Positions 1 to 9,457 of a DNA stretch of 64,000 nt are shown in pieces. The notes under the pieces are model-generated. The model ran no database searches. It had not been told where the DNA came from and was given only the letters and a program-made list of their open reading frames with translations. Source of the DNA: Candidatus Dadabacteria bacterium (GTDB taxonomy: Bacteria; Desulfobacterota_D; UBA1144; Nemesobacterales; CSP1-2); assembly GCA_963805855.1 (NCBI GenBank), contig CAWDVW010000006.1, positions 96,001 to 160,000 of the forward strand. The letters run 5' to 3'. A program made the translations under genes and the position numbers. The first letter of the stretch is position 1; each line of letters opens with the position of its first letter.

Positions 1-1625
1 ACTATCATTTCTCGCTTTCCATGTTGTATAAAGAGCGAAGGGATATCTTGAGTGCCCTCAGGGAAATGGAGTTCGCTGAGGGCTATGATCCTAACTCCGC
101 GCTGATAAAGTACAATCTTGCAATGATGTATCTTAGTCTTAGTCGTCTTGATAAATCGATTAGCAAATTAACGGAAGCCCTGGATTTAAATCCGAATTAT
201 ATTCCTGCGAGGGCTCTTCTTGGCAAGATTTACGCTTCAAGTAATGATCCGAAGAAGAAGAGGGAAGGCATTCGAGAGCTGGAAAAGTCCATAGAGCTGA
301 AATCTGATGATATTGATATTTATATATTTCTGGGGAATGTATACACCGAAAACAAAGAGTATGACAAAGCCGAGAAAATTCTGACGAAGGTGACTGAGCT
401 CGCTCCTTATGATGAGCGTGGATATTATTTTCTCGGAAGGTTGTATCTTGAAAAGGGCGCACTGGAAGAATCTGTGGCTTACTACAAGCAGGCTCTTGAG
501 CAGAACCCCGCTTATCCACTGGCTCTTGTAGATATTGCGAGAGTGTATGAAAAACTTGGGAGACCGGCTGAATCGGAAAAAATTTATAAAGATCTAATAT
601 CCTTCTACCCCCTCAGCTTGGAGAGCTATATTCGTTACGGAAACTTCCTATTTACAGTGAATCGAATCGAGGATGCTCAGGAGCAATTTAAAAAGGCTGA
701 GCAACTGGATTCTCAAAATCCGGACGTAAAACTAAGGCTTGGTCTCCTCTATCTTGAGGAAAGGGATTACGATAAGGCGATAGAAGAGTTCAATATTGTT
801 CTCATTGAAAATCCCGATGACGAAAGGGTTAAATATTACCTTGCACTTTGCTACACCGAAACGGATCGATTCGATGAGGCTCTTAATCTTCTAAGTGACA
901 TAGGGAGTGACTCTAGTTTTTATGACGATGCGCTTGTCCAGAAGGCTTTTATTTATGAGAAAAGGGGACAGCTTGATGATGCGTTGAAAATTATGCAAGA
1001 AACAACCGAGCACATGCCTGATAACGAGATATTGATTAACTATCTGGGGGGCCTCTACAGAAAGTTGAATCGGGATAATGAAGCGATAGAAACTTACAAG
1101 AATTTTCTGAAGCGTAATCCCGACAACGAGGTTATCACATATTCCCTGGGGGTCGCATACTTCATGAACAAAGATGAAGAGAAGGGAATTTCAACCATGA
1201 GGAAGATACTGGAGAAAAATCCCAATCATGCCGATGCGCTGAATTTCATCGGTTATTCTTATGCTGAGATGGGGAAGAATCTCGATGAGGCCGAAATGTT
1301 GGTGAAGAAGGCAAACGAAATATCGCCAAACAGAGGTTATATAATAGACAGCATTGGGTGGGTTTATTATAAGAAGGGGCAGTTAGATAAGGCACTAGAG
1401 TATCTGTTGGAGGCGGTTGAGCTCACATCTGACGATCCAAGTATCATGGAGCACCTAGGGGATGTGTATAATGACAAGGGGGATGTTTTGAAAGCCTTAG
1501 AGTATTATGAAAAGGGTTTAGAACTTAATGAAGATGACGATAATGAAATCAAGGACAGGCTTCAGGAAAAGATACTTGTTGTAAAAGAGAAAATAAATGC
1601 CCAGATAGGAAAGGAAAAAATTTAG
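1..1625 (+). CDS. Multi-TPR repeat protein, probably 5'-truncated by the window edge
   Basis: Many TPR-like repeats. The C-terminus ALNFIGYSYAE...YIIDSIGWVYYK is typical of envelope TPR lipoproteins. The frame is open upstream of ATG 21 to the window edge (YHFSLS-M). Confidence 0.85.
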   Translation, partial: YHFSLSMLYKERRDILSALREMEFAEGYDPNSALIKYNLAMMYLSLSRLDKSISKLTEALDLNPNYIPARALLGKIYASSNDPKKKREGIRELEKSIELKSDDIDIYIFLGNVYTENKEYDKAEKILTKVTELAPYDERGYYFLGRLYLEKGALEESVAYYKQALEQNPAYPLALVDIARVYEKLGRPAESEKIYKDLISFYPLSLESYIRYGNFLFTVNRIEDAQEQFKKAEQLDSQNPDVKLRLGLLYLEERDYDKAIEEFNIVLIENPDDERVKYYLALCYTETDRFDEALNLLSDIGSDSSFYDDALVQKAFIYEKRGQLDDALKIMQETTEHMPDNEILINYLGGLYRKLNRDNEAIETYKNFLKRNPDNEVITYSLGVAYFMNKDEEKGISTMRKILEKNPNHADALNFIGYSYAEMGKNLDEAEMLVKKANEISPNRGYIIDSIGWVYYKKGQLDKALEYLLEAVELTSDDPSIMEHLGDVYNDKGDVLKALEYYEKGLELNEDDDNEIKDRLQEKILVVKEKINAQIGKEKI

Positions 1626-1626
1626 C

Positions 1627-2448
1627 TTGAAGAAGCATTTAATCTTAATCCTCCCCCTTTTGTTATCCTGTGCAAAGAAGACTGTAGAGATAGATATAGA
1701 ACGTATTGACGTTGGAGACGTTATATCAAGGGTCATAGACGCCGAGGGCAGTGTGAATTCCGTAAAGGGTCTCGCCTCGGTTAAGATTGAATCCCCTTTT
1801 AACAATGTTTCTTATAAACAGGTAACAATCGCAGAAGAGCCGAACCTATTACGGTTAGAGGCGATAGCCCCGTTTGGCAGGACGGTAGGCATGATCATTT
1901 CAAATGGCGAGAAGGTCTATGTAATTTCAGCGGAAGAGAGAAACGAATTCGATAATTTGGAAGAATTCGATTTCTCATATTTCTATCCCGACCTTCCGGT
2001 CAAGATTACGCTCAAAAACCTGGTCAATCTTTTCTTAGGACGACTGCCTGAGGAGCCCGATTTCATAAATTCCCAAGTGCTTCTGGGGACGGACGACGGT
2101 CGAGTTGTCTTAACACTTTTTAAAGGCAGGAAGAAGGAAAGCGTCCTCTGGATAAATCCCCTGAATTATAGGATCTCTAAGGCTATGATTACTTTGGAAA
2201 ATGGCTCGACCGCGACATGTGAGTTTGAAGATTTTATAGATGTTGGAAATGGCACACAGATCCCGCGACGAATCGAGCTCAGGGTTGATGAATATTCAAT
2301 TTCTCTGAAATACGATAGGGATGTCGATGTGAACACGGACATAGATAGAAATTTATTTAAGCCGCAACCCGCTTTCGCAGGTTTGAAAAAAAACTCGCCA
2401 AACCTTATAATAAATAACCGGATGTTCTTAGATTCCAGAGTCTTCTAA
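1627..2448 (+). CDS. Lipoprotein, DUF4292 / LolA-LolB-like fold
   Basis: Lipobox LLSC after a short signal peptide; beta-rich body (LRLEAIAPFG, IPRRIEL); directly follows the TPR gene. Confidence 0.65.
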   Translation: MKKHLILILPLLLSCAKKTVEIDIERIDVGDVISRVIDAEGSVNSVKGLASVKIESPFNNVSYKQVTIAEEPNLLRLEAIAPFGRTVGMIISNGEKVYVISAEERNEFDNLEEFDFSYFYPDLPVKITLKNLVNLFLGRLPEEPDFINSQVLLGTDDGRVVLTLFKGRKKESVLWINPLNYRISKAMITLENGSTATCEFEDFIDVGNGTQIPRRIELRVDEYSISLKYDRDVDVNTDIDRNLFKPQPAFAGLKKNSPNLIINNRMFLDSRVF

Positions 2449-2497
2449 TTTCAAACAATATAAAGATATATAGAGACATATCTGGCGTCCCGCTAGA

Positions 2498-2780
2498 ATG
2501 AGCAGTGTACAGAGGAGCAAGGTTTTTACGGTCAAGAATAAGCTCGGCCTTCATGCGAGAGCGGCTGCTATCTTTGTGCGCCTTTCAAATAAGTTTTCCT
2601 CAGACATACACCTTATGAAGGACGGCTATACATGTTGATGGGAAAAGCATACTCGGTGTTCTCTCTCTTGCCGCTGCAAAGGGAACTAAATTAGAGGTAG
2701 TCGCGGAGGGCGAGGACGCGGATGAGGCTATCTCAGAGATCGAGAAGCTTGTCGATAGCGGTTTTGGGGAGGGGTCATGA
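2498..2780 (+). pseudogene. ptsH: Phosphocarrier HPr, interrupted by a +1 frameshift near 2627-2633 (pseudogene or sequencing error)
   Basis: ATG 2498 gives MSSVQRSKVFTVKNKLGLHARAAA (HPr His15 motif) and stops at TGA 2636-2638. The +1 frame continues VDGKSILGVLSLAAAKG...EGEDADEA (Ser46 motif) to TGA 2778-2780, overlapping the ptsI ATG. Confidence 0.88.
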
Positions 2781-4534
2781 GGTTTGAGTTAAAAGGAATA
2801 GCGATTTCCCCAGGCGTTGCCCTTGGGAGGGTTGCCCTGCTCGACCGCACTAAAACGGTTGTCGAGAGATCCGGGATCGATCCAGCCTTTGTACAATCGG
2901 AAAAAGAAAAATTTCTCGGTGCCCTACAGAAGTCAAAAAAGCATCTCCATTCAATAATTGACAGATTTGATCCCATGGATAAGGGGGATCACCTGAAGGT
3001 TCTGAATTTTAACATCATGATGCTCGAGGACGATTTGTTCTGTGAAGAGGTGGTCAGGACTATTGAGTCCGAGCTTGTCACCGCCGAGTGGGCCATAACA
3101 TACGTTCTTTCAAAAAAGAGTGAGGCTTTTAAGGATGTAGAAGATATATACATGAAAGAAAGACTTGCTGACATATATCACCTTGGAGAGATAGTCCTCC
3201 GCAATCTTCGAGATGTTAAGTATGATGTGCCTGATCTTGAAGGGGATCCCGTGCTGGTGGCGCATGATATTTCACCCATAGATTTAATAGCTTTTTCCAA
3301 GCGCCGTGCCATTGGGCTTGCTACTGATGTAGGAGGTACTACGTCCCATAGCGCTATCGTCGCAAGGTCGCTGGGAATTCCAACCGTGATGGGTCTTGAG
3401 GATATTACGCTCAAGGTATCCCCCGGGGATCCGATTTTCATCGATGGTTACAACGGTATTGTAATAGTGAATTTTGCCGATCAAGAGCGAAGTGAATTTG
3501 TTAAAAGGGAAAAGGACTATCAGGCCCTCGGCAAGAAACTCAAGAGATATGCGAAATTACCAAGCAGGACCCTCGATGGGATGGAGATTAAAGTCAATGC
3601 GAATATTGAGATTGCAGATGAGATTAATCAAGCATTAGCCTACGGGGCAGAGGGCATAGGAATGTACAGGACGGAATTTCTATTCACGAGATCCGATGTG
3701 TTTCCAACTGAACAAGAGCAGTTTGAGGATTATAAGAAGTTGGTATCGATTTTCGATTCATCAGATATCACAATAAGGACCCTTGATATCGGCGGCGACA
3801 AGTTCCCGCCGGGGATGCAGGCTCCCAAAGAGCTCAATCCGGCTCTCGGGCTTCGCGGGATCAGGTTCTCATTGATGGACAAGAATATCTTTCAAACTCA
3901 GATAAGGGCCATTCTGAAGGCTAGCTGTTTTGGGAAAATCAGGATTCTTATTCCGATGGTGTCCAGCCTCTTTGAGATCAGAGACGCAAAGAGCATTGTC
4001 AGCGGGATAGCAAGGGAGCTTGAGTCTGATTGCTCTTGGGAGCTAGGTGTGATGATTGAGACGCCATCAGCGGCAATCCTTGCATCCGAAATCGCTGAAG
4101 AGGTGGACTTCATTAGTATAGGAACAAATGATCTGATTCAATACACACTGGCCGTGGATAGGATTAATGAACATGTGTCTTACCTTTTCAGCCATTTCCA
4201 CCCCGCGGTCCTGAGGCTTTTAAAGGGCATTACCGAGGCGGCGAGGCTCAGGGGTGTTCCGGTGAGTGTGTGCGGGGAAATGGCGGGCCAGCTCTCGTGT
4301 GTTCCTCTCCTGGTTGGCATGGGTATTGACGAGCTAAGCATGAACATCCCCTCTATTCCCAAGGTTAAAAAGCTACTGAACTCCATAACAAAGACCGGAT
4401 CGGAGGAGATATTGGAGAATGCCCTGAAATTGAAGACTACATTTGACACAAAGGATTATGTGATTAAGGCAATAATGGATAAATGGGGAAAGTCACTTCC
4501 CCTTGAATGTGTTCAGGAGATTAATTCAGATTGA
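2777..4534 (+). CDS. ptsI: PEP-protein phosphotransferase (PTS enzyme I)
   Basis: GGTTSHSAIVAR phospho-His motif, GIGMYRTEFLF, RTLDIGGDK, SIGTNDLIQY, VCGEMA. Confidence 0.96.
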   Translation: MRFELKGIAISPGVALGRVALLDRTKTVVERSGIDPAFVQSEKEKFLGALQKSKKHLHSIIDRFDPMDKGDHLKVLNFNIMMLEDDLFCEEVVRTIESELVTAEWAITYVLSKKSEAFKDVEDIYMKERLADIYHLGEIVLRNLRDVKYDVPDLEGDPVLVAHDISPIDLIAFSKRRAIGLATDVGGTTSHSAIVARSLGIPTVMGLEDITLKVSPGDPIFIDGYNGIVIVNFADQERSEFVKREKDYQALGKKLKRYAKLPSRTLDGMEIKVNANIEIADEINQALAYGAEGIGMYRTEFLFTRSDVFPTEQEQFEDYKKLVSIFDSSDITIRTLDIGGDKFPPGMQAPKELNPALGLRGIRFSLMDKNIFQTQIRAILKASCFGKIRILIPMVSSLFEIRDAKSIVSGIARELESDCSWELGVMIETPSAAILASEIAEEVDFISIGTNDLIQYTLAVDRINEHVSYLFSHFHPAVLRLLKGITEAARLRGVPVSVCGEMAGQLSCVPLLVGMGIDELSMNIPSIPKVKKLLNSITKTGSEEILENALKLKTTFDTKDYVIKAIMDKWGKSLPLECVQEINSD

Positions 4535-4633
4535 AATACAAGGTTTCCCTCTCCCTTGGGGCGAGGGTTAGGGTGGGAGGAAGCAGGGATAGATTTTCCT
4601 GTTGACTATGTTAATTTGATAAATCTGGATCGC

Positions 4634-4711
4634 GCCCCTATAGCTCAGCCCGGATAGAGCGTCGGACTTCGAATCCGCAGGTCGGGGGTTCAAATCCCTC
4701 TGGGGGCGCCA
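4634..4711 (+). tRNA. tRNA-Arg (anticodon TCG)
   Basis: Acceptor stem GCCCCTA/TGGGGGC, TAGCTCAG D-arm, anticodon loop CTTCGAA, GGTTCAAATCC T-arm, encoded CCA. Confidence 0.95.
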
Positions 4712-4740
4712 ATAAGTTGAGCCTGTTAATCATTCCGATT

Positions 4741-4860
4741 GTCATCGCGAAGGGCGAAGCGCTGTGGCGATCTCCTTCGTTTTGTCATTTCGAATAAAAT
4801 GAGAAATCTTTCTTTCAAAACTCTTCCTCCTCCACACGTGGGGGAGGATTAAGGTGGGGG
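4741..4860. repeat. Cluster of degenerate REP-like palindromic elements
   Basis: GTCATCGCGAAG...GTGGCGATCTC, GTCATTTCGAA...GAGAAATCT and CTCCTCCACACGTGGGGGAGG; a similar element lies at 4546-4580. Confidence 0.5.
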
Positions 4861-5023
4861 TACAGCGTGTTTATTATACGATTACAAGAAGACCGAAGTT
4901 CCTGATGCTGGAAGCCGCAGAGGGACTCAAAACACCGTGCGGAAGAAGAAAAATAATTTCAAAGGATTGTGAAAAGAAGATTAGATCCCTAATTTTTTTT
5001 AGGATCCCACGAAGCTCTTTGTA

Positions 5024-5236
5024 TCAAGCTAATATTAGACGCCTACCTTTTGGTTCGGGTACCGGGTCCCCAAACTCCCCGGCAGTATCAATCCAGAATT
5101 GAATGGCATCTTTAGCATTAGCTAACGCCGCCTCATGAGATTCTCCATGAGCCATACACCCTGGGAGTTCAGGGACTTCCGCGACGAAGGCTTTATCATC
5201 ATCGCTCCAGTAGATTATGATCTCATATTTGTTCAT
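5024..5236 (-). CDS. hicB: HicB family antitoxin (short form)
   Basis: FVAEVPELPGCMAHGES-EAALANAKDAI...GDPVPEP signature; coupled to the upstream hicA. Confidence 0.9.
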   Translation of the reverse strand: MNKYEIIIYWSDDDKAFVAEVPELPGCMAHGESHEAALANAKDAIQFWIDTAGEFGDPVPEPKGRRLILA

Positions 5237-5490
5237 TACTCTTTTTCTCCCAACGAATATTTCAATATGACAGCTCTTACCTGCCTCACCTGGTATGGTT
5301 TTGCTTTATTATTATCTTGTTGAAGATTGATTTTTTCCTCGACTCCCTGCTTTCTGAATATATGATGACTGCCACGAATTCTTTCCTCAAATCCTAAATA
5401 TTGTAATAACTTACAAAGATCGTCAAAACGGATATTTGCGTCGGAAGTCCCTTTAAGAATCTGTAAGAGTAGCTTGTCGTATTTTCCCAT
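5236..5490 (-). CDS. hicA: HicA family toxin
   Basis: LGFEERIRGSHHIF and KAKPYQVRQV HicA motifs; 1-nt overlap with hicB. Confidence 0.9.
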   Translation of the reverse strand: MGKYDKLLLQILKGTSDANIRFDDLCKLLQYLGFEERIRGSHHIFRKQGVEEKINLQQDNNKAKPYQVRQVRAVILKYSLGEKE

Positions 5491-5688
5491 TTAAACATAT
5501 TATCTTTTAACTTAATAGTATCATCATAATTATAAGTCACATTGATTCCTATTCAAAACAAGACTTGAAGAATTGGGAAATTACACAAATATTCACGCAT
5601 ATCATCCTTATTTATCTGAGAGTAGTTGCTGTATTTGCTTTGGTTCGTAAAGACCAATTTTTATAATTGCCCTGTACCAGAAATTCCC

Positions 5689-5832
5689 ATGTGTGACCCG
5701 TTGCTGCTAGCCGCGATTCTTGAAGAACTAGGATACCTCGACGAAAAGAAAGAAAAGGACAAGAAGGATGAGATTCACGATGAGGGAAGTGACAAAAATA
5801 ATTCAAATAGTAGCGGGCAAGAAGAAAAATAA
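5689..5832 (+). CDS. Possible small hypothetical protein with a charged tail
   Basis: ATG 5689 gives MCDPLLLAAILEELGYLDEKKEK...; TATAAT at 5662-5667; no recognisable family. Confidence 0.3.
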   Translation: MCDPLLLAAILEELGYLDEKKEKDKKDEIHDEGSDKNNSNSSGQEEK

Positions 5833-6032
5833 GTTAAAGGCATTATCAATTGAAGGCTTGACCCTTCCACTTCCTAAAAAATCTCCACGCGGTAAGACAA
5901 TTAATTATCTCATCATTAAAGTGTTGCGTCCCGATAGATGATTAAGTATAGCAAACATTCCAATTTGCCAAAGTATCATATACTCCATATGATGTTGTTT
6001 AATTATCAATGTTCATCACGGGTGGTTAATTC

Positions 6033-6647
6033 ATGAAATATCGACTAAGCAAAGTTTACTTTATATTATTTCCACTGATCCTATGCGTATTTCTAATTGC
6101 TATAACAGCTCACGCCGAAGGGCCTTCTTTTGACTGTAGTAAAGTTGAGGCCGGGAGCATCGAAGAAATGGTTTGCAAGGATGAGAACCTAACGGCACTT
6201 GACCTGAAAATGGCGGAAGTGTATAAGGAAGCCTCAAAAAAGGCAGTAAACGAGCATCCTCCAGTTTTGAAAGCGGAGCAACGGGGATGGATAAAAGGCC
6301 GCGACGAATGTTGGAAAAGTGATGATAAGAAAAAATGTGTGGAGGAATCATACATGCTGCGAATTGCAGAATTGCAGGCACGATATGGGCTCGTTGGCGG
6401 CGATGGTCCTTTTTTCTATGCTTGCGATGACAATCCAGCAAAGGAAATAGTTATAACTTTTTTCAAGACAGACCCGCCTACATTAATTGCTGAATTTGGC
6501 GATAGTGTGTCATTGATGTATTTACAGCCTTCAGGGAGGGGATCAAAGTACCAAGGGAGGAATGAGTCCGCCTGGATAAAAGGTAAAGAAGCTATGATTA
6601 CATGGGGATACGGGAGTCCGGAGATGAGCTGTAAGCAGAAGTCTTGA
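6033..6647 (+). CDS. Secreted LprI/MliC-type lysozyme inhibitor protein
   Basis: Signal peptide; PSFDC...IEEMVC...LKAEQRGWIKGRDEC (LprI-like); C-terminal SGRGSKY (MliC SASGAKY-like). Confidence 0.8.
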   Translation: MKYRLSKVYFILFPLILCVFLIAITAHAEGPSFDCSKVEAGSIEEMVCKDENLTALDLKMAEVYKEASKKAVNEHPPVLKAEQRGWIKGRDECWKSDDKKKCVEESYMLRIAELQARYGLVGGDGPFFYACDDNPAKEIVITFFKTDPPTLIAEFGDSVSLMYLQPSGRGSKYQGRNESAWIKGKEAMITWGYGSPEMSCKQKS

Positions 6648-6770
6648 CGCTTTTAGGATGTTTAAAGTATTCATGAAATCTGTCCGGTAAACAATTGAGT
6701 AGTTCGATTTTATTTTATGGAAATGAGACTCCAAGTTAATCATTTCTAATCATAGCCGGATACTTATTCT

Positions 6771-7226
6771 TTAATCACAGGGTTCTTTTGAATAATTAGC
6801 ATGGCCTCTACCTTCCCAGCATTTGATTGCTTTTCCCGAACGCTTTATGAACCACGAACCATTTTCGTTTCTGTTTAGAACCAGTTTGTATCTAACCCCC
6901 ATAACTGAATCATCCAGTAGCTTCTCATTCGTTATAATGACTTGAGCAGTCTTTGGCGATTCGGGATTATCATAACTCCTTTCGATGGTCTGTGTCATCC
7001 CCTCTGATGGCCCAATGAATTTAAGAGAAACGAGCACGGGGTCAGCCGTCCATTTCTCGCCCTTTGCACTGGCAGGGAGGACGATTTTATTAAAATTACC
7101 GTGTTCTATGTTTTCGTATTCAATATCAGCTTTGCGGGGTCCTTCTATGTCTCCAGCTAAAGCATAGCCGGAAAAACTAAGCATAGTGAGGCAAAGAAAC
7201 ATATATTTAATTAGTGGAATATTCAT
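6771..7226 (-). CDS. Secreted hypothetical protein
   Basis: Signal peptide ending ALA; LLDDSV motif and C-terminal C-W-x-GRGH...PC disulfide pair. Confidence 0.75.
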   Translation of the reverse strand: MNIPLIKYMFLCLTMLSFSGYALAGDIEGPRKADIEYENIEHGNFNKIVLPASAKGEKWTADPVLVSLKFIGPSEGMTQTIERSYDNPESPKTAQVIITNEKLLDDSVMGVRYKLVLNRNENGSWFIKRSGKAIKCWEGRGHANYSKEPCD

Positions 7227-7278
7227 TGGTGCTTATTATATCATACGATAGAATTGCGTTCAGTATTACTAAATAATA

Positions 7279-7376
7279 ACTGGTGACAGACACATATTTA
7301 TTTCGATCTTTCAAATAATTTACTACAAGTAATCAGTCGATAACCCCACATATCAAAATAAGTGTCTGTCACCAGT
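7279..7376. repeat. 15-bp perfect inverted repeat (REP-like pair)
   Basis: ACTGGTGACAGACAC (7279-7293) and GTGTCTGTCACCAGT (7362-7376). Confidence 0.8.
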
Positions 7377-7683
7377 CACTTTAAAAGGGTGATGTCAAGC
7401 ATTATTTTTGGGCTGAGACTCGATGGAATAGGATGTATGCCAATTAGAAAGACAGGACATTTCAGCCAGTCAATCAGCATTAGCCCAGAAGACGCCAGTT
7501 TTGACCCCCATCGTCGCATAAGTCTGCCCCAAATATGCCAGCCATACGGGCAACGTTAAAAGATTTTCACCTGATTGGGATGTTTGTCCGTACTTTGCGG
7601 AGAAAAACACCCCCGTGAGCCCTGTGCATGACCTTGCGATACGCGCTATCGGGAATCGGGGGACGATCCCGATCCAACCCGCT

Positions 7684-8526
7684 CTACCCGCGAGGCTTCC
7701 TCGTCCATGCGCTTATCCAGGTGTTCGACATCCCCAGCCCGTCCGTTGACCCGCTCTCGATCGCTTCCGCGATAAGTCTCTCCTTGAGTGTATCGATACT
7801 CAATTCCTCAGCGGTCGTTATCCCCAGCTTCTCCATCATGGGCACGAGGCTCCTTATCGTGCTAACGAACCAATCTATGCCCGGAGAGTTCGCCCCGCCT
7901 ATGAATGCATCGAGGTGCATTGTGGGCTCGGGCAGCCCCGCCTTTTTATAAACCGGCAGAAGCTTGAACCCCATCTGCATCTCGGTCCCCGACTTTTCCA
8001 TCGTTTCGTAGAACAAGTCCCAGAGCTTCATGAATAATGGCAACGGAGGTATCGCGACAGGGTGTATAGTGAAATCAACTTCCTGAAAAGCGACCACTCC
8101 GCCCGGCTTGACGTGACGCAGCAGCATCTTCAGTGCTTCCTCGGGCCTGGGTACGTACATCAGCACTGCGCGTCCGACGAGAGCTTCGAACTCCCCCTCG
8201 GGTTCGGTTGTGCTTATATCCCCGACCATGAACCTGATATTTTTATAGCCGCTTTCCTCGGCACGCTGTTTCGCCGTCTTCTGAATCTCGGGGTTCCTCT
8301 CTATACTGACGACTTCGCCTTCGGGTCCAACCATCTCTGCGAGAAGAAGCGCGACGTCCCCGACCCCTGTGCCGAGCTCGAGCACCTTCATACCCCTCTT
8401 GATCCCCGCGAGCTCGAATATCCTCCGGGTCGTCTGCACTATAATCCGGGACTGCTCCTGGAGCCTTTTCTTTTCGTTCTCGGTATCGCTCAATGCATAT
8501 TCTTTCTTAAGTTCCGAATCTGCCAT
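7684..8526 (-). CDS. Class I SAM-dependent methyltransferase
   Basis: VLELGTGVG motif I and VKPGG. Likely start is ATG 8526 with an AGGAG RBS. Visibly more GC-rich than its flanks. Confidence 0.88.
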   Translation of the reverse strand: MADSELKKEYALSDTENEKKRLQEQSRIIVQTTRRIFELAGIKRGMKVLELGTGVGDVALLLAEMVGPEGEVVSIERNPEIQKTAKQRAEESGYKNIRFMVGDISTTEPEGEFEALVGRAVLMYVPRPEEALKMLLRHVKPGGVVAFQEVDFTIHPVAIPPLPLFMKLWDLFYETMEKSGTEMQMGFKLLPVYKKAGLPEPTMHLDAFIGGANSPGIDWFVSTIRSLVPMMEKLGITTAEELSIDTLKERLIAEAIESGSTDGLGMSNTWISAWTRKPRG

Positions 8527-8782
8527 GTAATTTTCTCCTGCAATTAGTATAACTGCCCTGCCCCAGACTCTAAGAAATAAAACATTCTGCATATATACTG
8601 CTCCCCTTTTGTCAAGCTTGGGTTAAGTTGGGCTTATGAATAGTGCAAAATACCCAACTTGCTTACATCGACTGAACAAAAAAGGGTGCTGCTAGAACCC
8701 GTCCGTGTTCGATTATCTGACACAAGTCAACATGTCTATTCTCAAATCAAGTGCTCGTGATTCAAAGGGGACGCTACCCTTT

Positions 8783-8837
8783 GATGCAGGATGCAGGGTT
8801 CACGATGCATGATGCAGGATAGTAAAGCCGGTTTGAC
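8783..8837 (+). repeat. Heptamer (GATGCAN) tandem-repeat element, copy 1
   Basis: GATGCAG GATGCAG GGTTCAC GATGCAT GATGCAG GAT...GTAAAGCC; near-identical copy at 11831. Confidence 0.8.
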
Positions 8838-8864
8838 TGAAGAATTTAGTCCGACCGCAAGCCA

Positions 8865-9090
8865 GGTCATCCTGAATGCTGAATAGATCCTGCCCTATCG
8901 TCCAGGCATGGTTCAGCACAGGCCGCAATTTTTGGAAGGCCAATCAAATCCCTTTTTATAATGACAGGATCTGAGATTGCTTTGAAACGAAATTTCTCGC
9001 GATGACTTGTCTGTGGATTCCCGACAACAATCCTCGGGAATGACGTAGGGGCTGCGGAGTCCCGATACCTGGATTGGAGAATGACACAAA
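8865..9090. repeat. Cluster of REP-like palindromes
   Basis: GAGATTGCTT...CTCGCGATGAC and GGATTCCCGA...TCGGGAATGAC hairpins; same families as at 4741, 52114 and 58190. Confidence 0.55.
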
Positions 9091-9200
9091 TGAATTAGGG
9101 CTTCGAATGGACAAAAACTGTCCATCGCTTGGGTTATAATGATACAGAGATGGGCTCAAAGATGGGGTATGCTATAAGAAATTCCACTTGGTGAGGGGAT

Positions 9201-9416
9201 TTGAAAACTGTTTCGAAAATATTGGTCACTATCTGTTTGATAATTTTAATAACGGTACTTGTGTCATATTTTCTCTCAATACCGCGACAGGCGCTTTGCC
9301 AGGATATATCCTGCAAAAGGGTTGCCTGTGTCACCGATAGCCAATGCGACATATACTGTAAATGCTTCAAGGCTGACCCATCCAGGACGCACGGGCGATG
9401 CCTAATTAGCTATTAG
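9201..9416 (+). CDS. Small secreted Cys-rich (knottin-like) peptide
   Basis: GAGGGG RBS, TTG start, hydrophobic signal region; mature part C-x4-C-x5-C-x3-C-x-C-x11-C. Confidence 0.6.
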   Translation: MKTVSKILVTICLIILITVLVSYFLSIPRQALCQDISCKRVACVTDSQCDIYCKCFKADPSRTHGRCLISY

Positions 9417-9457
9417 TATGTGTTATCTCTCTCGAACGTGTTAATTTAATTTAGTTT

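Noticed and set aside
2633-2690. Selenocysteine or readthrough at the ptsH TGA
   Set aside because: The same frame after TGA gives WEKHTRCSLSCRCKGN then a stop, which is not HPr. The HPr sequence continues in the +1 frame.
8783-8837. Heptamer repeats or the three-copy element as a CRISPR array
   Set aside because: There is no regular repeat-spacer periodicity and no cas operon in the window.
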